A stretch of DNA of 64,000 bases. It comes from Eledone cirrhosa (lineage: Eukaryota). Location: positions 2,542,001-2,606,000 of the forward strand of contig OZ024760.1 in NCBI GenBank assembly GCA_964016885.1, written 5' to 3'. The translations under genes were made by a program, and so were the position numbers. Below are positions 23,612 to 35,285 of this stretch, piece after piece; positions within the stretch are counted from its first letter, which is position 1; every line of letters begins with the position of its first letter. A model generated the notes under the pieces. The model was not told where the DNA came from. It made no database searches and worked only from the letters and a program-made list of their open reading frames with translations.

Positions 23612-23950
23612 TAAAATAATTGTTTCTACTTTTTGGCACAAGGCCAGCAATTACCCAGTGCATTACTGGTACTTTATTTTACCGACCTCCGTAAGGATGA
23701 AGGGCAAAGTTAACCTCGGCGGGATTTGAACTCAGAATGGCAAGGGCCGTAACTCTATGCGTCAAAGCATGGTGTCCGACCCTCTACCGATACTGCCAAT
23801 CCACCGCCAATCCAAGCAGATGTAAAATAATTGTTTCTACTTTTGGCACAAGGCCAGCAATTACTCAGTACATTACTGGTACTTTATTTTATTGACCCCA
23901 TAAGGATGAAAGGCAAAGTTAACCTCGGCGGGATTTGAACTCAGAGTAAA
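23612..23950 (-). mobile_element. Two head-to-tail SINE family 1 copies
   Basis: Tail, central domain and B-box repeated at 23612-23810 and 23822-23946. Confidence 0.85.
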
Positions 23951-24004
23951 ATAATGATGATAGTAATATATCTGATGCTATTCTGACAACTGTTCCAATT
24001 GATA

Positions 24005-24296
24005 CAATCGATGGAACAGCCTGCTCGTGAAATTAACATGCAAGTGGCTAAGCGTTCCACAGACATGCAAGTGGCTAAGTATTCCTCAACTTAGTTCTCA
24101 GGGAGATTCAGCATGACACAAAATGTGAAAAGGCTGGCCCTTTGAATTATAGGCAGAACTCATTTTTGTCTGCTGAGTGAAATAAAGTGTCTTTATTTGT
24201 GAAATAAATGTGAAATAAAGTGTCTTGCTGAAGAACACAACACACCACCTGGACTCGAACTCATGACCTTATGATTGTGAACTACAAAGCCTAACA
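24005..24296 (-). mobile_element. tRNA/CORE-like SINE with a different body (..GGGCCAGCC..CTGAATCTCCCTGAGAACTA..AGCCACTTGC..GAGCAGGCTGTTCC)
   Basis: B-box GAGTTCGAGTCC and CORE-like AGCAAGACACTTTATTTCAC on the minus strand. Confidence 0.75.
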
Positions 24297-24299
24297 TAT

Positions 24300-24724
24300 C
24301 ATAATAATAATGGTTTTGATTTAGGCACAAGGCCAGCAATTTTGGGAGAGGGGAAAGTTGATTAAAGCGACCCAAGTGCATTACTGGTACTTTATTTTAT
24401 CAACCCCGTAACGATGAAAGTCAAAGTTAACCTTGGCGGGATTTGAACTCAGAATGGCAAGGGTTGTAACTCTATGCATCAAAAATGGTGTCCGACACTC
24501 TACCAATTCTGCCAATCTACCACCCTTAACAAAAGAAATAATAATTGTTTCTACTTTAGGCACAAGGCCAGCAATTATCCAGTACATTACTGGTACTTTA
24601 TTTTATCGACCCCGTAAGGATGAAAGGCAAAGTCAACCTCGGCGGGATTTGAACTCAGATCATAAAGGGACGTAGCTATGCTGGAAAGCATGGTGTCCGA
24701 CCCTCTACCGATACTGCCAATCCA
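24300..24724 (-). mobile_element. Two head-to-tail SINE family 1 copies
   Basis: Copies at about 24300-24525 and 24538-24724. Confidence 0.85.
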
Positions 24725-24933
24725 TTTAACGGAGACGTAGGTAAACACTGTGATGGCTTCAATGGTCCATGGAGGCCACGGGATTGGCACAAGAAATGAA
24801 GAAGGATTCAGACTTCTAGAATTCTGCAACGCCAATGACATGTCGATATGTAACACAAACTTCAAAAAACCTGACAACCACCTGATCACCTATAGATCAG
24901 GGGAGCATTCTAGTCAGATAGATTTTATCCTCA
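24725..24933 (+). mobile_element. Isolated RTE endonuclease-region fragment
   Basis: VHGGHGIGTRNEEGFRLLEFCNANDMSICNTNFKKPDNHLITYRSGEHSSQIDFIL, nearly identical to the LINE at 8456-8666. Confidence 0.92.
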
Positions 24934-25486
24934 ATAATGGTTTCTACTAAAGGCAAAGCTAACTTTGGCAGAATTTGAACTCAGAACGCAAAGGGACATA
25001 ACTCAATAATGCTAAGCACATTTCCTGACACTCTACCGATTCTGCAAATCCAATAATAACAATAGAAATAATAACAATAACAACAACAGCAGACAAAATG
25101 TTATTTAGCTTGTAGACAATTTCAAAAACACTACTGTCTTATCTTTAGCAATTATCTCAGAATCTTGTAATTTCTCATTCAAATTTAGAAAATTATTTAT
25201 TCTGTCCACGTAAACATTTTAATTCCCAGACTAAATTATCCGGTATCTGAGTAGCTGTGTGTGTTTGTATGTGTGTGAATATAGATATATATATCTCACT
25301 CTCTCTCTCTCTCTATATATATATACACACATAAATATGCATATATATATATACATATATATATATACACACACATACATATATATATATATACACACAT
25401 ATAAATATGCATATATATATATATATACATATATATATATTAATCAAGCTTGTTAAGCGATTGAGATGTTTTATCGATCGGCTGTT

Positions 25487-25806
25487 ATCATCATCATCAT
25501 CATCATTTCATTTTACGTCCGCTTTTCCCTGCTTGCAAGGGTGGGATGGGAACTGATTCTGGCTTGATTTCTACAGCTCGATGCCCTTCCTAACACCAAC
25601 CTCATTTACAGTGAGTGCTGGGTGCTTTTTTGCCGTGGCACCTCCACGACCACTTTACAGTGGTCATTTCTACAGCTGAGTAAACTGGAGCAATGTGAAA
25701 TAAAGTGTCTTGCTCAAGGAAACAACACATCACCCGGTCTGAGAATTGAACTCACAACCTTTCGATTGCAAGGCCAATGCTCTAACCACTAAGCCATATG
25801 CCTCCA
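25487..25806 (-). mobile_element. tRNA/CORE-like SINE family 2 with RTE-derived 3' part
   Basis: Head TGGCTTAGTGG..GAGTTCAATTC, CCTTGAGCAAGACACTTTATTTCAC, GGTTGGTGTTAGGAAGGGCATC, RTE tail + (TGA)n. Confidence 0.88.
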
Positions 25807-25841
25807 TATATATGTTATATATGTATGTATATATATATATA

Positions 25842-26058
25842 GTGAAGGCGCGTGGCTGAGTGGTTAGAGAATTGGATTCACAATCGTGAGGTTGTGAGTT
25901 TGAATCCTGGACCAGGCGATGCGTTATGTCCTTGAGCAAGACACTTTATTTCACGTTGCTCCTTCTACCTGGAGTTGCGACCGACAGATAGTATTAGCAT
26001 TTGGAAAGACCAACGGAAACATTGTTCCCTCGGTCCAATTTGACGAAAGTCGATCGAC
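25842..26058 (+). mobile_element. tRNA/CORE-like SINE family 3, full length, in a TA repeat
   Basis: A box TGGCTGAGTGG, B box GTTTGAATCC, CORE-like segment, tail GACAGATAGTATTAGC..GGAAAGACCAACGGAAACATTGTT. Confidence 0.85.
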
Positions 26059-26074
26059 TATATATACATATATA

Positions 26075-26207
26075 TAGAAAGAACGATCGACTTTTGTCAA
26101 ATTGGACCGAGGAAACAATGTTTCCATTGGTCTTTCCAAATGCTAATACTATCTGTCGGTCGCAACTCCAGGTAGAAGGAGCAACGTGAAATAAAGTGTC
26201 TTGCCCA
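26075..26207 (-). mobile_element. SINE family 3, 5'-truncated, tail-to-tail with the previous copy
   Basis: Reverse complement of 25936-26056. Confidence 0.85.
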
Positions 26208-26255
26208 CAGATGACCCTGTGATAAACAGACAAAACCTCAGAGTAACAAGACTCC

Positions 26256-27225
26256 GTAGTGGTAGTGATGACAGTAGTGGTAGTTGTGGTGGTAGTGGTG
26301 GTTGGGATGACAGTGGTGGTGGTAGTGGCCGTGGTGGTGGTAGTGGTGGTGGTTGGGATGACAGTGGTGGTGGTAGTGGCCAGAGTGGTGGTGGTAGTGG
26401 TGGTGGTGGGGATGACAGTGGTGGTGGTAGTGGTGGAGGCGGTGGTGGTAGTGGCCATAGTGGTGGTGGTGATGACAGTGATGGTGGTAGTGGTGGTGGT
26501 TGAGATGAGAGTGGAGGTGGTGGAGGTGGTGGTGGTAGTGGTCATAGTGGTGGTGATGACAGTGGTGGTGGTAGTGGTGGAGGTGGTGGTGGTAGTGGCC
26601 ATAGTGGTGGTGGTAGTGGTGGAGGTGGTGGTGGTAGTGGTGGTGGTGATGGTAGTGGTGGTGGTTGAGATGAGAGTGGAGGTGGTGGAGGTGGTGGTGG
26701 TAGTGGTCATAGTGGTGGTGATGACGGTGGTGGTGGTAGTGGTGGAGGTGGTGGTGGTAGTGGCCATAGTGGTGGTGGTAGTGGTGGAGGTGGTGGTGGT
26801 GGTGATGAAGTGGTGGTGGTAGTGGTGGTGGGGATGACAGTGGTGGTGGTAGTGGTGGTGGTGGGGATGACAGTGGTGGTGGTAGTGGTGGAGGTGGTGG
26901 TGGTAGTGGTTATAGTGGTGGTGGGGGGGATGACAGTGGTGGTGGTAGTGGTGGAGGTGGGGATGACAGTGGTGGTGGTACTGGTGGTGGTGGTGGGGAT
27001 GACAGTGGTGGTGGTAGTGGTGGTGGGGATGACAGTGGTGGTGGTACTGGTGGTGGTAGTGGGGATGACAGTGGTGGTGGTACTGGTGGTGGAGGTGGGG
27101 ATGACAGTGGTGGTGGTAGTGGTGGTGGGGATGACAGTGGTGGTGGTACTGGTGGTGGTAGTGGGGATGACAGTGGTGGTGGTAGTGGTGGAGGTGGGGA
27201 TGACAGTGGTGGTGGTAGGAGTAGT
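26256..27225. repeat. (GGT)n-based minisatellite with GGGGATGACAGT spacers
   Basis: Direct reading. Confidence 0.95.
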
Positions 27226-27420
27226 TGTGATTATAGAATATGCTTCTATCATGTCTCATGTTCCTGAGTACAAAAATTAAAATTTCATGAGGTTAAATTG
27301 ACATAAAATATATATATATCGATATATTTATATGTAATGTATGTATATATATATTGGCTTCCACCTGTACATGGTGGGGCCAGCATGTATGTATATGGAC
27401 ACACACGTATGTATGTATAT

Positions 27421-27766
27421 TCATTTCATTCATTCATTTCATTTTACGTCCGCTTTTCCCTGCTTGCAAGGGTGGGACGGGAACTGATTCTGACTTGATT
27501 TCTACAGCTGGATGCCCTTCCTAACACCAACCTCATTTACAGTGAGTGCTGGGTGCTTTTTTGCCGTGGCACCTCCACGACCACTTTGCAGTGGAATGAT
27601 AGGGACCCCAGTCTCTATCATCTCATTTCTACAGCTGAGTAAACTGGAGCAATGTGAAATAAAGTGTCTTGCTCAAGGAAACAACACATCATACAGTCTG
27701 AGAATTGAACTCACAATCTTTCGATTGCAAGGCCAATGCTCTAACCACTAAGCCATGTGCCACTAA
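27421..27766 (-). mobile_element. SINE family 2, full length, flanked by an 87-bp direct repeat
   Basis: Head, CORE-like part, RTE-like part, (TGAAA)n tail; 27334-27420 repeated at 27767-27853. Confidence 0.9.
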
Positions 27767-28056
27767 GTAATGTATGTATATATATATTGGTTTCCACCTG
27801 TACATGGTGGGGCCAGTATGCATGTATATGGACACACACGTATGTATGTATATATATATATATATATATATGTCCCAGGATGATGATGTTTTCGAAATGT
27901 GCATAATAAAATATATGGAACTTTTTTTACCATCTTTTAATTTCTTCTTTAATATATACTCCAGTTCTACCAACTATTGAGAGCTACCTATCTGATATAT
28001 GAATAATTTTATTGTTCTACAATATTACTCACCTCCTCCATATATATATATATAAT

Positions 28057-28392
28057 GGAGGCCCATGGCTTAGTGGTTAGAGCATTGGCCTTGCAATCGA
28101 AAGGTTGTGAGTTCAATTCTCAGACCGGGTGATGTGTTGATTCCTTGAGCAAGACACTTTATTTCACATTGCTCCAGTTTACTCAGCTGTAGAAATGAGA
28201 TGATAGGGACTGGGGTCCCTATCATTCCACTGCAAAGTGGTCGTGGAGGCGCCACGGCAAAAAAGCACCCAGCACTCACTGTAAATGAGGTTGGTGTTAG
28301 GAAGGGCATCCAGCTGTAGAAATCAAGCCAGAATCAGTTCCCGTCCCACCCTTGCAAGCAGGGAAAAATGGACGTAAAATGAAATGAAATGA
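28057..28392 (+). mobile_element. SINE family 2, full length
   Basis: Near-identical inverted copy of 27421-27766. Confidence 0.9.
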
Positions 28393-28439
28393 TATATATA
28401 TATATATATAGACACACAGATACATATCATATACATATA

Positions 28440-28585
28440 TAAAAGGAACGATCAACTTTTGTCAAATCGGACCGAGGAAACAATGTTTCCATTGGTCTTT
28501 CCAATTGCTAATACTATATATCGGTCGCAACTCCAGATAGAAGGAGCAACGTGAAATAAAGTGTCTTGCCCAAGGACATAGCGCA
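28440..28585 (-). mobile_element. SINE family 3, 5'-truncated
   Basis: Matches 26075-26207. Confidence 0.85.
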
Positions 28586-28960
28586 AGTATGCTCCGTTGG
28601 ATGTGCAATGTCAATGTGCATGAACGACCAAGCATAGACAAGTTGAGAGAGAAACTGTGTATAAGAGGAATACGCTGTAGTATGCAGGAGAGAAGATTGC
28701 ATTGGTATGGACATGTTAAGTGTATGGAGGATGACCTCTGGGTAAAGAAGTGTCCAGAAATCCCAGTGGAAGGAAGACACAGTAGAGGAAGACCACGAAA
28801 AACATGGGCGGAGGTGGTGAGAGCTGACCTCAGATCGATGAAGCTCACAGAGGAGATGATGAAGGACTGTGACAAGTGGAGAGATGCTGTGCTGAATAGG
28901 ACCCATCACACCCTGGCAAGCAGGGAAAAGGGGACGTAAAATGATGATGATGATGATATG
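28586..28960 (+). mobile_element. RTE LINE 3' fragment with (TGA)n tail
   Basis: MLRWMCNV..IRCSMQERRLHWYGHV..GRPRKTWAEVVRADL..WRDAV; tail GCAAGCAGGGAAAAGGGGACGTAAAATGATGA. Confidence 0.92.
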
Positions 28961-28982
28961 ATGATATATATATATATATACT

Positions 28983-29022
<40 letters not shown>

Positions 29023-29129
29023 TATATATATATATATACATATATACATATACATATATATACATATATATATAATTGTCTTATTAAATACTAGTTATTG
29101 TTATAGGATGTTTCATCACGAGCTGACTG

Positions 29130-32100
29130 TTGGTGTATGTGTGTGTCTGTGTTTGGTGTATGTGTGTGTCTGTGTTTGGTGTATGTGTGTGTCTGTGTTT
29201 GGTGTATGTGTGTGTCTGTGTTTGGTGTATGTGTGTGTCTGTGTTTGGTGTATGTGTGTGTCTGTGTTTGGTGTATGTGTGTGTCTGTGTTTGGTGTATG
29301 TGTGTGTCTGTGTTTGGTGCATGTGTGTGTCTGTGTTTGGTGTATGTGTGTGTCTGTGTTTGGTGTATGTGTGTGTCTGTGTTTGGTGTATGTGTGTGTC
29401 TGTGTTTGGTGTATGTGTGTGTCTGTGTTTGGTGTATGTGTGTGTCTGTGTTTGGTGTATGTGTGTGTCTGTGTTTGGTGTATGTGTGTGTCTGTGTTTG
29501 GTGTGTGTGTCTGTGTTTGGTGTATGTGTGTGTCTGTGTTTGGTGTATGTGTGTGGTGTATGTGTGTGTCTGTGTTTGGTGTATGAGTGTGTCTGTGTTT
29601 GGTGTATGAGTGTGTCTGTGTTTGGTGTATGTGTGTGGTGTATGTGTGTGTCTGTGTTTGGTGTATGTGTGTGTCTGTGTTTGGTGTATGTGTGTGGTGT
29701 ATGTGTGTGTCTGTGTTTGGTGTATGTGTGTGTCTGTGTTTGGTGTATGTGTTTGGTGTATGTGTGTGTCTGTGTTTGGTGTATGTGTGTGGTGTATGTG
29801 TGTGGTGTATGTGTGTGGTGTATGTGTTTGGTGTATGTGTGTGTCTGTGTTTGGTGTATGAGTGTGTCTGTGTTTGGTGTATGTGTGTGTCTGTGTTTGG
29901 TGTATGAGTGTGTCTGTGTTTGGTGTATGTGTTTGGTGTATGTGTGTGGTGTATGTGTGTGGTGTATGTGTGTGTCTGTGTTTGGTGTATGTGTGTGTCT
30001 GTGTTTGGTGTATGTGTGTGGTGTATGTGTGTGGTGTATGTGTTTGGTGTATGTGTGTGTCTGTGTTTGGTGTATGTGTGTGTCTGTGTTTGGTGTATGT
30101 GTGTGGTGTATGTGTGTGGTGTATGTGTGTGGTGTATGTGTGTGTCTGTGTTTGGTGTATGAGTGTGTCTGTGTTTGGTGTATGTGTGTGGTGTATGTGT
30201 GTGTCTGTGTTTGGTGTATGTGTGTGGTGTATGTGTGTGGTGTATGTGTGTGGTGTATGTGTGTGTCTGTGTTTGGTGTATGTGTTTGGTGTATGTGTGT
30301 GGTGTATGTGTGTGGTGTATGTGTTTGGTGTATGTGTGTGTCTGTGTTTGGTGTATGAGTGTGTCTGTGTTTGGTGTATGTGTGTGTCTGTGTTTGGTGT
30401 ATGTGTGTGGTGTATGTGTGTGGTGTATGTGTGTGGTGTATGTGTGTGGTGTCTGTGTTTGGTGTATGTGTGTGGTGTCTGTGTTTGGTGTATGTGTGTG
30501 TCTGTGTTTGGTGTATGAGTGTGTCTGTGTTTGGTGTATGTGTGTGTCTGTGTTTGGTGTATGTGTGTGGTGTATGTGTGTGGTGTATGTGTGTGGTGTA
30601 TGTGTGTGGTGTATGTGTGTGGTGTCTGTGTTTGGTGTATGTGTGTGTCTGTGTTTGGTGTATGTGTGTGTCTGTGTTTGGTGTATGTGTGTGTCTGTGC
30701 TTGGTGTATGTGTGTGTCTGTGTTTGGTGTATGTGTGTGTCTGTGTTTGGAGTATGTGTGTGTCTGTGTTTGGTGTATGTGTGTGTCTGGTGTATGTGTG
30801 TGTCTGTGTTTGGTGTATGAGTGTGTCTGTGTTTGGTGTATGTGTGTGTTTGTGTTTGGTGTATGTGTGTGTCTGTGTTTGGTGTATGAGTGTGTCTGTG
30901 TTTAGTGTATGTGTGTGTCTGTGTTTGGTGTATGTGTGTGTCTGTGTTTGGTGTATGTGTGTGTCTGTGTTTGGTGTATGTGTGTGTCTGTGTTTGGTGT
31001 ATGTGTGTGTCTGTGTTTGGTGTATGTGTGTGTCTGTGTTTGGTGTATGTGTGTGTCTGTGTTTGGTGTATGTCTGTGTTTGGTGTATGTCTGTGTTTGG
31101 TGTATGTGTGTGTCTGTGTTTGGTGTATGTGTGTGTCTGTGTTTGGTGTATGTGTGTGTCTGTGTTTAGTGTATGTGTGTGTCTGTGTTTGGTGTATGTG
31201 TGTGTCTGTGTTTGGTGTATGTGTGTGTCTGTGTTTGGTGTATGTGTGTGTCTGTGTTTGGTGTATGTGTGTGTCTGGTGTATGTGTGTGTCTGTGTTTG
31301 GTGTATGTGTGTGTCTGTGTTTGGTGTATGTGTGTGTCTGTGTTTGGTGTATGTGTGTGTCTGTGTTTGGTGTATGTGTGTGTCTGTGTTTGGTGTATGT
31401 GTGTGTCTGTGTTTAGTGTATGTGTGTGTCTGTGTTTGGTGTATGTGTGTGTCTGTGTTTGGTGTATGTGTGTGTCTGTGTTTGGTGTATGTGTGTGTCT
31501 GTGTTTAGTGTATGTGTGTGGTGTATGTGTGTGGTGTATGTGTTTGGTGTATGAGTGTGTCTGTGTTTAGTGTATGTGTGTGTCTGTGTTTCGTGTATGA
31601 GTGTGTCTGTGTTTCGTGTATGAGTGTGTCTGTGTTTCGTGTATGTGTGTGTCTGTGTTTGGTGTATGTGTGTGTCTGTGTTTGGTGTATGAGTGTGTCT
31701 GTGTTTGGTGTATGTGTGTGTCTGTGTTTGGTGTATGCGTGTGTCTGTGTTTGGTGTATGAGTGTGTCTGTGTTTGGTGTATGCGTGTTTCTGTGTTTGG
31801 TGTATGCGTGTGTCTGTGTTTGGTGTATGTGTGTGTCTGTGTTTGGTGTATGTGTGTGTCTGTGTTTGGTGTATGTGTGTGTCTGTGTTTGGTGTATGTG
31901 TGTGTCTGTGTTTAGTGTATGTGTGTGTCTGTGTTTAGTGTATGAGTGTGTCTGTGTTTCGTGTATGTGTGTGTCTGTGTTTGGTGCATGTGTGTGTCTG
32001 TGTGTGGTGTATGTGTGTGTCTGTGTTTGGTGTATGTGTGTGTCTGTGCTTGGTGTATGTGTGTGTCTGTGTTTAGTGTATGTGTGTGTCTGTGTTTGGT

Positions 32101-33572
32101 GTATGAGTGTGTCTGTGTTTGGTGTATGTGTGTGTTTGTGTTTGGTGTATGTGTGTGTCTGTGTTTGGTGTATGAGTGCGTCTGTGTTTAGTGTATGAGT
32201 GTGTCTGTGTTTGGTGTATGTGTGTGTCTGTGTTTGGTGTATGTGTGTGTCTGTGTTTGGTGTATGTCTGTGTCTGTGTTTGGTGTATGTGTGTGTCTGT
32301 GTTTGGTGTATGTCTGTGTCTGTGTTTGGTGTATGAGTGTGTCTGTGTTTGGTGTATGTGTGTGTGTGTTTGGTGTATGTGTGTGTCTGTGTTTGGTGTA
32401 TGTGTGTGTCTGTGTTTGGTGTATGTGTGTGTCTGTGTTTGGTGTATGTGTGTGTCTGTGTTTGGTGTATTTGTGTGTCTGTGTTTGGTGTATGTGTGTG
32501 TCTGTGTTTGGTGTATGTCTGTGTTTGGTGTATGTGTGTGTTTGGTGTATGTGTGTGTCTGTGTTTGGTGTATGTGTGTGTCTGTGTTTAGTGTATGTGT
32601 GTGTCTGTGTTTGGTGTATGTGTGTGTCTGTGTTTGGTGTATGTGTGTGTCTGTGTTTGGTGTATGTGTGTGTCTGTGTTTGGTGTATGTGTGTGTCTGT
32701 GTTTGGTGTATGTGTGTGTCTGTGTTTGGTGTATGTGTGTGTCTGTGTTTGGTGTATGAGTGTGTCTGTGTTTGGTGTATGTGTGTGTGTGTTTGGTGTA
32801 TGTGTGTGTCTGTGTTTGGTGTATGTGTGTGTCTGTGTTTGGTGTATGTGTGTGTCTGTGTTTGGTGTATGTGTGTGTCTGTGTTTGGTGTATGTGTGTG
32901 TCTGTGTTTGGTGTATGAGTGTGTCTGTGTTTGGTGTATGTGTGTCTGTGTTTGGTGTATGTGTGTGTCTGTGTTTGGTGTATGTGTGTGTCTGTGTTTG
33001 GTGTATGTGTGTGTCTGTGTTTGGTGTATGTGTGTGTCTGTGTTTGGTGTATGTGTGTGTCTGTGTTTGGTGTATGTGTGTGTCTGTGTTTAGTGTATGT
33101 GTGTGTCTGTGTTTGGTGTATGTGTGTGTATGTGTTTGGTGTATGTGTGTGTCTGTGTTTGGTGTATGTGTGTGTCTGTGTTTGGTGTATGTGTGTGTCT
33201 GTGTTTGGTGTATGTGTGTGGCTGTGTTTGGTGTATGTGTGTGTCTGTGTTTGGTGTATGTGTGTGTCTGTGTTTGGTGTATGTGTGTGTCTGTGTTTGG
33301 TGTATGTGTGTGTCTGTGTTTGGTGTATGTGCGTGTCTGTGTTTGTGTACGTGGGTGTGGTGTGTTTGGTGTATGTGTGTGTCTGTGTTTGGTGTATGTG
33401 TGTGTCTGTGTTTGGTGTATGTGTGTGTCTGTGTTTGGTGTATGTGCGTGTCTGTGTTTGTGTACGTGGGTGTGGTGTGTTTGGTGTATGTGTGTGTCTG
33501 TGTTTGGTGTATGTGTGTGTCTGTGTTTGGTGTATGTGCGTGTCTGTGTTTGTGTACGTGGGTGTGGTGTGT
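29130..33572. repeat. 23-bp minisatellite (GGTGTATGTGTGTGTCTGTGTTT)n with 13-bp variants
   Basis: GG anchors at 29132, 29155; 13-mer GGTGTATGTGTGT enriched at about 29550-30620. Confidence 0.97.
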
Positions 33573-33854
33573 GATATGTAACTGTTTGTCTCTGTGCCCA
33601 CATGCATGTATGTATGGAGCGTGATGTGCGTGTGTGATGTGCGTATGTGTTTGTGTGTCTGTGTGTGTGTGTGTGTGTGCAATGTGTGATGTGCCATGTA
33701 TGTGTGTATATCTGTGTGTGAGGTGCTGTGTGTGTAATATGTGTGATGTGTGTGTGTAATGAAAACTATGATGATGATGATGATGACGAAGATAACAGAC
33801 TGACATACTTTTCTTCTGCGTTATGTGACACCACTGTCTTGTACATTAGATCAA

Positions 33855-34178
33855 TGGTGATGGTGGTGGTGCTGGTGCTGGTGATGGTGGTCGTGCTGGT
33901 GATGGTGCTGGTGGTGCTGGTGGTGGTGGTGGTGGTGGTGATGCTGGTGGTGGTGCTGGTGGTGGTGGTGCTGGTGGTGGTGGTGATGGTGGTGCTGTTG
34001 ATGGTGGTGGTGGTGGTGGTGCTGGTAGTGGTGGTGATGGTGGTGCTGGTGGTGGTGATGGTGGTGGTGGTGGTGATGGTGGTGGTGGTGGTGGTGCTGG
34101 TGGTGGTGGTGGTAGAGGTAATGGTGGTGATAGTGGTGGTGGTGGTGGTGGTGATAGTGGTGGTGGTGGTGGTGGTGG

Positions 34179-34209
<31 letters not shown>

Positions 34210-34962
34210 GGTGCTGGTGGTGGTGGTGGTAGAGGTAATGGTGGTGATAGTGGTGGTGGTGGTGGTGGTGATAGTGGTGGTGGTGGTGGTGGTGGTGGTG
34301 GTGGTGGAGGTAGAGGTGATGGTGGTGATAGTGGTGGTGGTGGTGGTGGTGTGGTGGTGGTGCTGGTGGTGACAGACACAGAAATCTATGTGATGTGACA
34401 ACTAACTTACCTACACAATAAATCAATTTTTATTTGATAGAAAACAAAAGAAGACTACCTATTGGTGTTGTTGTTGTTGTTGTTGTAGCTGCTGTTGTTG
34501 TTGTTATACTTGTGACTGTTGTTGTTATTATAGTTGTTGTAGCTGTTGTTGTTGTTGTTGTTGTGACTGTTGTTGTTATTATAGTTGATGTTGTTGTTGT
34601 TGTTGTTGTAGCTGTTGTTGTTGTTGTGACTGTTGTTGTTATTATAGTTGATGTTGTTGTTGTAGCTGTTGTTGTTGTTATTCTTATTGTTGTTGATGTT
34701 GTTGTTATTATTGATACTATTATACTTGACATGATTGATGCTGTTGTTTTGATGGTGGTGGTGGTGGAGGTGGTGATGGTGGTGGTGGTGGTGGTGGAGG
34801 TGGTGGTGGTGATGATGGTGGTGGTGGAGGCGGTGGAGGAGGTGGTGGTGGTGGTGGAGGTGATGGTGGAGGTAGTGGTGATGGTGGTGGTGGTGGAGGT
34901 AGTAGTGATGGTAGTGGTGATGGTGGAGGTGGTGGTGATGGTGGTGGTGGTGGAGGTGGTGA
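33855..34962. repeat. (GGT)n, (GTT)n and (GGT)n trinucleotide tracts with short unique spacers
   Basis: Direct reading. Confidence 0.95.
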
Positions 34963-35285
34963 GGTTAGTTAAATTGACTTTTATATATATATAGCATAGA
35001 AGAGTGACAGTGTGTGTATGTATGTATGTATGTATGTGAGTGTGAATGTGTATGTGTGAGTGTGTTGTTAGGTTAGGTGTATTGATTAGAAGTGGGTACT
35101 TTTATTATCTTACTTGCTTTAGTCATTAGACTGTGGCTATAGCGGGGCACCACATTGATTTAGTTGATTATGTTAACCCCATTACTTATTTTAGTGATTT
35201 CTTGTCTTTGTCATCAAACTGCTAGGTTACAGACATACACACAGACACAAATGTAAACACAGATGTAGACACATAAACAGACATA

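Noticed and set aside
25842-25915. tRNA-like heads with A and B boxes (also 14790, 28057)
   Set aside because: No complete cloverleaf; continuous with SINE bodies, so not tRNA genes
28958-33806. Cys/Val-rich and His/Thr-rich ORFs of 200-470 aa
   Set aside because: Translations of the GT-based 23-bp minisatellite
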